In this document: piece after piece, positions 1-8,018 of the stretch
How the letters are laid out: every line of letters begins with the position of its first letter
How positions within the stretch are numbered: the stretch's first letter is position 1
Source: Octopus sinensis
Taxonomy: Eukaryota
Length of the DNA stretch: 14,263 bases
Reading direction: 5' to 3'
Assembly: GCF_006345805.1 (NCBI RefSeq)
Contig: NW_021825945.1
Coordinates: 1-14,263 of the forward strand
Position numbers and translations under genes: made by a program
The notes under the pieces: generated by a model
Databases searched by the model: none
Seen by the model: the letters and a program-made list of their open reading frames with translations, nothing else
What the model was told of the DNA's origin: nothing

Positions 1-22
1 CACCACATATATAAAGTCTCAT

Positions 23-687
23 ACACACACACACGCACGCGCACACACTCACGCACAGTGTACAAGTGTAAAGCAGAAAGCAGAATAAGGAACTCTTCAT
101 GCTCGACAGATGGCTATTTTAATATCTCCGTTATTTATTGATTTAGGTGATCGATAGAGCTTTGTAAAAAAAAAAAAAAAGAAAAAAAAAGCAAAAACAA
201 AAAACAGATTAACCTTTTCTTCCTTTCTTCTTAGCGACACTTTTTTTGTCTTGGAGATTGTATTGTAGGTATCTAATTTTGCTTCCTTTTCCCCCGCTTT
301 TGCTGTTGGCGTTAGTTGTTTCGCTTCGTAGTTTTGCTTCGTACAATAAATAAACGGCCGTATGTGCATACGTGTTTGCGCCTCTATGTTATGTGTTCGT
401 GTCTGTGTCTGTATGTTGTGTGCATGTGTGTGTGTGCGTGTGTGTGTGTGTGTGTGTAAGTATGTGTGTGTATGCGTGTAAGCGAGCGTGCGCTCACGTG
501 TACGCCTCTGTGTCGAGTGCTCGAATATGAATGCGGTGAAGATAACACGTATTGAATACGTCTATTCAAAAGTTTCGTTTCAATTTTTCAATAGGTTTTC
601 ATTCGATGTATTTATACATATTACACAGATGGGGATACGAACAAACACACTCATACACACACACGCACACACACACACACACACACA

Positions 688-728
<41 letters not shown>

Positions 729-746
729 CACACACACAACACACAC
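23..746. repeat. Cluster of simple repeats: (CA)n 23-57, A-rich tract 166-204, (TG)n 425-479, (CA)n 645-746
   Basis: Directly visible; explains the HT/CV-rich ORFs at 384-973. Confidence 0.95.
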
Positions 747-1182
747 GGTACATATTCGTTCAGATACGCACACACCTTACTCCGCCGCCATTTCTTTTTT
801 TTAGTTTTCGTTTGTTTGTTAATAGAAAAATAATCGTTTCTTAAACAAAAAAATGTGATTACTTCTTGCAACCTACTTCTTGACATTGCAAGATAAACAC
901 ATTCTTGTAAAATAAAACAAATAAAAAAAATATTCAATCTCATAATTAACAAAGCTTCAAGGCTGAAATACACGATTTTGTATGTTTTGTTGTTAGTTTT
1001 GTTTGTTGTTGCTTTTGTTTATATCGTGTGGACGCATGCACGACTCTGTGGCTTAGAAGCTCGCTTTACAATTACATCGTGTCGTATTTTAGCCCCTTTT
1101 GTACGGCATCTTCTATATCAAGGCTGTTGGAGGAAAAGAAACACAATCGATATTCGTGTTCGAATTTGCCAGAATATCTTGC

Positions 1183-1206
1183 GAATGAATGAATGAATGA
1201 ATGAAT
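1183..1206. repeat. (GAAT)6 microsatellite
   Basis: Six perfect GAAT copies. Confidence 0.95.
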
Positions 1207-1278
1207 TACGTTATGAATTACGATCTTCACTGTTCCGTGTGAACCCATTGAATTATATCGTGTTTTGGCAGATGAAAA

Positions 1279-1692
1279 GCGGTGAGCTGCAGAATCGTTA
1301 GAACGCCGGGGAAAAAATGCTGAGCGGCATTTCGTCTGTCTTTTACGTTCTGAGTTCAAATTCCGCCGAGGTCGACTTTGCCTTTCATCCTTTCGGGGGT
1401 CGATAAATTAAGTACCCTGTTACACACTGTGGTCGATGTAATCGGCTTAATCCGTCTGTCTGTCCTTGTTTGTCCTCTCTGTGTTTAGTCCCTTGTGGGT
1501 AGTAAAGAAATAGGCATTTCGTCTGTCTTTACGTTCTAAGTTCAAATTCCGCCAAAACCGTCTTAGCCTTTTATTCCCTTTTAGAGTCGATAAAATAAGT
1601 ACTAGCTAAGTACTGGGGGGGGGGCGGTTAATGTAATCTACTAATAAGGCCCATCAACAAAATTTCAGGGCTTCTGTCTCGAGTAGATATAT
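1279..1692 (+). mobile_element. tRNA-derived SINE, family A, internal dimer
   Basis: A-box-like TGCAGAATCGTTAG at ~1288. B box GTTCAAATTCC at 1354-1364 and again at 1540-1550 (186-bp period). The tail AAAATTTCAGG...GAGTAGA matches the reverse complement of 6026-6066. Homologous throughout to 6026-6611. Confidence 0.85.
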
Positions 1693-1724
1693 TTATCGGT
1701 TTGCTGATAAACAAGTGACCCGCG

Positions 1725-1943
1725 TTACTCTTTTACTCTTTTACTTGTTTCAGTCATTTGACTGCGGCCATGCTGGAGCACCACCTTTAGTCGAGCAAAT
1801 CGACCTCGGGACTTATTCTTTGTAAGCCCAGTACTTATTCTATCGGTCTCTTTTTGCCGAACCGCTAAGTGACGGGGACGTAAACACCAGCATCGGTTGT
1901 CAAGCAATATTGGGGGGACAAACACAGACACACAAACACATAC

Positions 1944-1974
<31 letters not shown>

Positions 1975-2146
1975 CATATATACGACAGGCTTCTTTCAGT
2001 TTCCGTCTACCAAATCCACTCACAAGGCATTGGTCGGCCCAAGGCTATAGCAGAAGACACTTGCCCAAGATGCCACGCAGTGGGACTGAACCCGGAACCA
2101 TGTGGTTGTTAAGCAAGTTACTTACCGCACAGCCACTCCTGCGCCT
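1725..2146 (-). mobile_element. Full-length tRNA-derived SINE, family B, with CORE-like central motif and internal (TA)/(TG) microsatellite
   Basis: On minus: head GGCGCAGGAGTGGCTGTGCGGTAAG (A box), GGTTCAGTCCC (B box), TCTTGGGCAAGTGTCTT (resembles the CORE motif CCTTGGGCAAGTCACTT), and a tail of the 8-bp repeat GAGTAAAA. No target-site duplication seen. Confidence 0.85.
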
Positions 2147-2536
2147 ATGTTCTTGTTAGAAATCATCGGTCTTCGTCGGTGGCGGTGATTGAAGAGACGC
2201 ACACAATAAGATCGAAACACCGCGGTCTTTTGAAGTCCCTTACACCGGTTCGTGGCATGTGTTAGGAACGTGAATCGTCTGAAGGGAAAAGATTTTCTTA
2301 GACGATGGAAAACGATAGTGACCAGATATTCCCGTTCGAATCCTGTAGATTGAGATGAGGATGAAAAGATACACTGGTAGGCATATAAGTGCAAAACAAT
2401 GTTCAAATGATACCATCGAATACCAAGAGTATAGTAATGTGCTTTATTATAAAAGCTGCAAAATATTCACAAAACTGTTACTCAGAGTTTCAAGTTCCCG
2501 TTCACGTTCCCGACACTGTTGCATAATAGCAACGAG

Positions 2537-2558
2537 ATATATATATATATATATATAT

Positions 2559-2597
<39 letters not shown>

Positions 2598-2698
2598 CAT
2601 ACAATCATATATATATATATATATATAGGTTTATTTGTATATATATATAACTTTATGTATATATATAGATTATAATATATATATATTATATATATATA
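2537..2698. repeat. Interrupted (TA)n microsatellite
   Basis: Directly visible. Confidence 0.95.
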
Positions 2699-2699
2699 C

Positions 2700-2952
2700 T
2701 TATGTCCAGTATAGCCAATTGAGACAGTATTTGCTCAAAATATTTATGTATCAGAGATGTACTTGCATAGCAAGTGACCTGATCTGAGATCGTGTGCTGG
2801 AACAAAACAATTGCAGCGTGGAAGGTGTTTATAAACCATTTAAGAAACACACAAAAACCGTTAGATTCACTTCAACATTTAAATTTAATTTGCCAAAATA
2901 TTTCCGTCGCTTTGAGACCGCGACCTGTTCACTGATAAAATTCCGTGCTGCA
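2700..2952 (-). mobile_element. Probable Penelope-like element terminal (pLTR-like) fragment, partly duplicated in inverted orientation at 2971-3050
   Basis: Non-simple block bounded by TA runs, carrying a hammerhead-like motif and forming one arm of an 80-bp inverted repeat. PLE assignment is inferred from architecture only. Confidence 0.45.
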
Positions 2953-3050
2953 TATATATATAGATAGATACAGTGAACAGGTCGCGGTCTCAAAGCGACG
3001 AAAATATTTTGGCAAATTAAATTTAAATGTTGAAGTGAATCTAATGGTTT
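2855..3050. repeat. Inverted repeat, 80-bp arms (2855-2934 / 2971-3050), 36-bp spacer
   Basis: 78/80 complementary by manual alignment; mismatches at 2860/3045 and 2904/3001. Confidence 0.97.
2971..3018 (+). ncRNA. Candidate variant hammerhead ribozyme core (stem I truncated in this copy); mirror copy at ~2887-2942 on minus
   Basis: GTGAACA (2973-79), extra G, stem II GTCGC/GCGAC (2981-85/2995-99), GAAA (3000-03), palindrome AATATT (3003-08). Only 2 bp of stem I here. Confidence 0.4.
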
Positions 3051-3441
3051 ATTTATCTATCATACTGTTGAAATTCCACTTATTGCAGTATTTTTGTTGA
3101 GATAGTATCACTTATGAAGTTACTGTGTTAAAATCACAATAACTGTGAGGTGGGGTGAGGAATTAGCCCAAGCCAGAGTGTGTGTCAGATAAATTTCAGC
3201 AATTTTGGACCTTTTCAATGATGCGTACTCGCAACCAGTTACATGATCGGGCAAGGATTCGTGATACCTGATATAAGAGAAATGCGTATAGTATTCAATG
3301 ACTGTTTGTATAGCTACACTACTGATTTAGAATTCATCATACGCAATTGAAATAGTATTTTATTAAAACAGTCATATATGTATTATACTCAATGTATATA
3401 CATACTATCGATAGACCAGTTACTGCTGTATTTGTCATAAG

Positions 3442-3493
3442 ATAGCATCGCTTATGGACTTGCGTGTGAAAAAGTCATTAAATATCTGAGAGG
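3442..3493 (+). other. Candidate 52-bp coding exon
   Basis: Acceptor TTTGTCATAAG, strong donor AGG|GTGAGT, open frame SIAYGLACEKVIKYLR. No homology recognised. Confidence 0.25.
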
Positions 3494-3731
3494 GTGAGTA
3501 GGTAGAGGGCGAAATTTCTCCAACAATAGCCAGCGAGAGCGCTAGGGTCATTCTTGCCAAAAGCGCTTTCTTGCAGACAGCTACATGTCGTTGCTGAAGA
3601 CACCGCTGCCACAATAATTCATCCAAGTTGCTTAAAATCAATCACCAGTGTGTTTTTTCATAATTTTTTGCATCAAATATGGTGTTTTTAGCGTCAAGAA
3701 ACTTTTTATTGGTAACGTTAAAGAAAGGGAG

Positions 3732-3734
<3 letters not shown>

Positions 3735-3788
<54 letters not shown>

Positions 3789-3831
3789 GATGGACAGACA
3801 GACAACCGATAGACTGACAGCAGACAGACAG
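3735..3831. repeat. (GA)n grading into (GACA)n compound microsatellite
   Basis: Directly visible. Confidence 0.95.
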
Positions 3832-3845
3832 ATCGTATATATATA

Positions 3846-4241
3846 CTAGCAGTATCGCCCGGCGTTGCTCGGGTTTGTAAGGGAAATAACTATATAAGCA
3901 TTTTTAGAGATGTAAAGTATAATAGCCATCTCAAAGTGGCTAACCACAAAGGGGGGGGGGGTTACCGTAACTTTTTACGTTCTGAGATTTAATAATACAT
4001 TTTAAGAGAGTTACTTCCCTTTTATATGCCAAAAATGCATTAAAAATGGGAAAAAATGATGGTAATTTTTTTTTAATCGTAGACTCATCGTAGACGCGCG
4101 CTAATACCCAGAAGGGCTCGATATGAATCACGACTATAAGATACCCGGTTTTGGTTAAACTGCACCGCAAAATGTGGGAGTAGTTAGGAGTCTAAATCGT
4201 AGGAGACAGACACTACACAACCTCACTTTTATATATATAGA
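3846..4241 (-). mobile_element. Non-autonomous Helitron, copy 1 (396 bp)
   Basis: On minus: 5' TC preceded by A, 3' CTAG followed by T, and a GC-rich hairpin CCCG-AGCAACGC-CGGG (3858-3873) 8 nt from the CTAG. These are the canonical Helitron hallmarks. Confidence 0.85.
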
Positions 4242-4243
4242 TA

Positions 4244-4750
4244 CTAGCAGTATCTCCCGGCGTTGCTCGGGTTTGTAAGGAAATAACTATATAAGCATTT
4301 TTAGAGAGTTACTTCCCTTATAGATGCCAATTCGGGCTTTCTTATCCATTTCTGTTTTGGTGTCTTCAAGCCATGAAGTCGTTCTAAGAGACGCTGGTCT
4401 CCTTGACAACGCTTTACGACGTTGATTTCCTTACACTCCCTTCCCCAACAGCTTACGAGGGAGGCAAGAAGGGGAGAAGCAAACACAGGTGCAGGTGTTT
4501 GAGCGTGGACGCAACTCCGCCGCCATCGACACACGAAAAATTATGCATTAAAATGGAATAAAAAATGAATGTTAAATTATTTTTAAATCGTAGACCATCG
4601 TAGACGCGCGCTAATACTCAGACGGGCTCGATATGAATCACGACTATAAGATCCCGAATTTGGTAAACTGCACCGCAAAATGTGGGAGTAGTTAGGAATC
4701 TAAATCGTAGGAGACAGACACTCACACAACTACAGTTTTATATATATAGA
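4244..4750 (-). mobile_element. Non-autonomous Helitron, copy 2 (507 bp), same family
   Basis: CTAG at 4244-4247, identical hairpin at 4256-4271, 5' TC at 4749-4750. About 12 differences from copy 1 over the ~165-bp 5' segment; internal content differs. Confidence 0.85.
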
Positions 4751-4827
4751 TATATATGTTTGATATTGGGTGTATGTGTACGAATTCGACTTCACTAAAT
4801 TACTGGTAACGTTAAAGAAAGAGAAAA

Positions 4828-5249
4828 TGAGAGGGAGAGAGAGAAAGACAGACAGACAGACAGACGGACAGACAGACAGGCAGGCAGAGAGAATGAAAGG
4901 AAGAGAGAGATAAAATGAGCCAGAAACGAGAGAAAATTTGTACTGAGACGCGGAAGACAAGGTAGGTAAAGAACAAGAATTTGTGAGCATGTTGATGCAT
5001 ACACACACACACACACACATACACACACACGCGTGCACATACACACACAAACGCACAAACACCGCACACAGTACAAACACGCAACACACACATACACGCA
5101 AACGCAGTTTGTTTGACAGATAGCTTGATAGACAGACAGAGAAACAGACAGATAGAAAGGCAGACTGACACGCAGACAGACAGATACACAGACAGGCGGA
5201 CGGACAGATAGATAGATAGATAGAAATATATATATATATTATATATATA
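4828..5249. repeat. Compound microsatellites (GA)/(GACA), (CA)n, (GACA)/(GATA)/(TA)
   Basis: Directly visible; source of the CV/SVCL-rich ORFs at 4730-5270. Confidence 0.9.
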
Positions 5250-5397
5250 GTAAAAGCAATTAAGATTCAAGTGAGTTCTGTTGAATTCACATGAATGAGG
5301 TACTTAACTTAGATGCACCAGAAATCTATATGGTATTAACCATAAGATAATGCGGGGTGATTACAAACGAGAAAAAAGCAACAAAAATGGATCAATA

Positions 5398-5487
5398 TTT
5401 CGGTACAATTGTTTCATACGAAGACCACCTTTATTAAGGCTGCAAATATTGCAGCAAATGCACGTGACCAGTACTCATCAGCCGAAA
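5398..5487 (-). ncRNA. Type I hammerhead ribozyme with extended stem II
   Basis: On minus: stem I TTTCGG/CCGAAA (6 bp perfect), CTGATGA (5481-5475), stem II GTAC/GTAT, GAAAC (5415-5411), palindromic stem III ACAATTGT, GTA triplet. Predicted cut between 5404 and 5403. Confidence 0.8.
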
Positions 5488-5596
5488 AAACATCTGAGTT
5501 CTCAAAACATCCAAGGGGGTGAGGCTACACTCATGAAACATTCGGGATAGCTCTATAAAATCAGATTTAGATAATAAACGAACTTCCAAACGGACT

Positions 5597-5696
5597 TATA
5601 TATATATATGTATGTATGTAATGTATGTATGTATGTATGTATGTATGTATGTATGTATGTATGTATGTATGTATTATATACAGATAGATAGATAGT

Positions 5697-5776
<80 letters not shown>
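5597..5776. repeat. Compound microsatellite (TA)-(TATG)-(GATA)-(GA)
   Basis: Directly visible. Confidence 0.95.
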
Positions 5777-5781
<5 letters not shown>

Positions 5782-6025
5782 ATGGGTGTAGGTGTCTGCA
5801 GGTATGGGTTTGTAAGTAGAGGATGACTATGGTGTTGACATGTTTACACAAGCTGTTGGTGAGACACCGTACATTAAAACAATGTGTTGATTTATCATTT
5901 TCCTTTCTCGATAGCCACACTCGCACTTCATTTCCGTTACGCCTACCATTTATTTGGGATATGTCTATATTCTGTTATTTGTGTGTGCGTATGCTTGTTG
6001 CGTACATCAATGCGCATATATGTCA

Positions 6026-6611
6026 ATATTCTTTCTACTCAATGCACAAGGCCTGAAATTTTGGGGGAAGTGGGCCAGTCGATTAGATCGATCCCAGTAC
6101 GCAACTGGCACTTAATTTATCGACCCCGAAAGGACGAAAGGCAAAGTCGACCTCGGCGGAATTTGTACTCAGAACGTAATAACAGATGAAATACCTATTT
6201 CTTTACTACCCACAAGGGGCTAAACACAGAGAGGACAAACAAGGACAGACAAACCGATTAATTCGATTATATCGACCCCAGTGCGTAACTGGTACTTATT
6301 TAATCGACCCCTAAAGGATGAAAGGCATAGTCGATCTCGGCAGAATTTGAACTCAGAACATAGCGGCAGACGAAATACCTATTTCTTTACTACCCAAAAG
6401 GGGTTAAACACAGAGGGGACAAACAAGGACAGACAAACGGATTAAGTTAATTACGTCGACCCCAGTGCGTAACTGGTACTTAATTTATCAACCCCGAAAG
6501 GATGAAAGGCAAAGTCGACCGCGGCGGAATTAGAACTCAGAACGTATCGGCAGACGAAATACCGCTAAGCATTTCGCTCGGCGTGCTAACGTCTCTTCCA
6601 GCTCATCACCT
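6026..6611 (-). mobile_element. tRNA-derived SINE, family A, internal trimer
   Basis: Three B-box-bearing units at an exact 184-bp period (GGAATTTG-like motif at 6158, 6342, 6526), head at ~6560-6611, tail at 6026-6066. Reverse-complement homolog of 1279-1692. Confidence 0.9.
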
Positions 6612-7541
6612 TCAGATCTGGCTGGAGTTACATATACTTACAGTACCTATGTCTGTCTGTGTGTGCATGCGCGAGCTCGGTGATGTTATTATCGAGATTT
6701 CTGGTTAGTATTTACAGATTTTCAATTCGAGTTCACTACACGAAATCTCGGACCAGTGAAAAAGTGTTTACTACTTCGAACAAAGCCTTAGGTCATCCTA
6801 AACTATTGTCAATGGAGTTTGTCAGAGCTAAACAGTTCGAGAGTTGGTCATTTGGGCTGTATTTTTATTCGCAAAGGATGTCAATCATTTCTGGTCGATG
6901 CTTCGACACGTGACACGTTGAGTCCTGCTACCTCTGCAGGAACACCCACACTACGGTTTCTTACTCTTTCTATTTCGACCAGTTTTCTAGACATTGATCA
7001 TGAAAATTTTCTCTTCCTCCTCTAACAAAGACATAAAAATCGTGTTTATAAGATTACACTGACTTTCGTGAATATAAATACGAAGGCAATAGACGAATAG
7101 ACACACACGAAAACCATAACCTGCACATATACTAAACAGACACCGTAAACAAAATAAAAAAATATAGTAGGTTATTCTATATCAAATAACAAGTTTGTTT
7201 AATACCGATCGATATCTTGTTTTTAAATTTGCTTCTCTTTTATTATTTTTCAGACGGTGGGCAACAGCCATGTTGGCAAACAGCCGTCAAAGTTATTTCT
7301 TTATTGTTTATTTTTGTCGATGAGATTTACACGCGTTCTTATTTCAATCTGGTATATAGTCAATCTATATATTAAGCAGAAACTGATGTGGCGCAGTTTC
7401 TATCTTCATTATTCTCTGTCTTCCCTCACAAATAATATATATATTATATATATATATATATATTAATAAATATTAGGGAATAAATCCAAATTTACAGGGA
7501 AAAATCAGATTTAGGATTGAATCCAATTTATAGTAAAATAT

Positions 7542-7845
7542 TATATTATATTAAATTAGAGATAAAACCACTATTAGGCAAATCATACAATGAAAAACTT
7601 AAGCCAATACATAAGATTAATTTATATTATTTAAATATGTAACAAAATTATTAAAAAAATATAATTAATATCACACTACGATCGTTTCATGCCTGCTGTC
7701 TTCAAATTTTTGAGTCGCAGTCATTCATCAGGTGGTTTAAATATTTTTCTTGGCGAGGTTTATAAATTAATCATATGTATTGGCTTAAGTTTTTCATTGT
7801 TTGATTTGCCTAATAGTGGTTTTGTCTCTAATTTAATATAATATA
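7542..7845. repeat. Inverted repeat, 85-bp arms (7542-7626 / 7761-7845), 134-bp spacer
   Basis: 82/85 complementary; mismatches at 7563, 7586, 7614. Confidence 0.97.
7667..7745 (-). ncRNA. Type I minimal hammerhead ribozyme
   Basis: On minus: CAC/GTG stem I plus distal AATAT/ATATT, CTGATGA (7731-7725), stem II ATGACTGC/GCAGGCAT (7/8 pairs), GAAAC (7688-7684), palindrome ACGATCGT (7678-7685), GTA triplet. Predicted cut between 7677 and 7676. Confidence 0.75.
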
Positions 7846-7910
7846 TATATATAAATATATATATATATCATCATCATCATTATCATCATCATTATCATCA
7901 TCATCCTCAT
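7840..7910. repeat. (TA)n followed by (CAT)n
   Basis: Directly visible. Confidence 0.95.
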
Positions 7911-7927
7911 CTATGTAGTCTTTCATC

Positions 7928-7990
7928 GTTGCAGTCATGCGGCCATTCTGGCATTGCCTCAAAGTGTTTTATTCGAAAGAATTGACTCCC
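7928..7990 (-). mobile_element. Degenerate 3' tail fragment of SINE family B
   Basis: CAGTCA..TGCGGCCATTCTGG..TCGAAAGAATTGAC aligns loosely to 1747-1806 (CAGTCATTTGACTGCGGCCATGCTGG..TCGAGCAAATCGAC). Confidence 0.5.
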
Positions 7991-8018
7991 ATGTATATAT
8001 GTGTGTGCATAATTATAT

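Larger units (their letters stand above)
7467..7845. mobile_element. Penelope-like retroelement remnant in tail-to-tail inverted arrangement
   Basis: 85-bp inverted repeat enclosing a hammerhead. A degraded reading KIRFRIESNL..YIKLEIKPLL resembles the C-terminal helix region of GIY-YIG endonucleases (weak, by eye). Confidence 0.6.

Noticed and set aside
2182-2223. GCGGTG-ATTGAAGA...GAAA-CACCGC, hammerhead-like
   Set aside because: No room for stem I or an NUH triplet, and the flanking helix has the wrong topology.
2334-2343. Perfect B-box-like GTTCGAATCC suggesting a tRNA
   Set aside because: Flanks CCCG/CCTG do not form a T stem; no acceptor stem or cloverleaf found.
6659-7025. Two overlapping plus ORFs in non-repetitive sequence, with a WSFG motif reminiscent of kinase subdomain IX
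   Set aside because: No other kinase motifs, no convincing donor site, no clear codon bias.
5557-7514. 14-bp exact match AAAATCAGATTTAG near both canonical hammerheads (5557, 7501)
   Set aside because: A match of this length is plausible by chance in 14 kb of AT-rich sequence, and there is no extension on either side.
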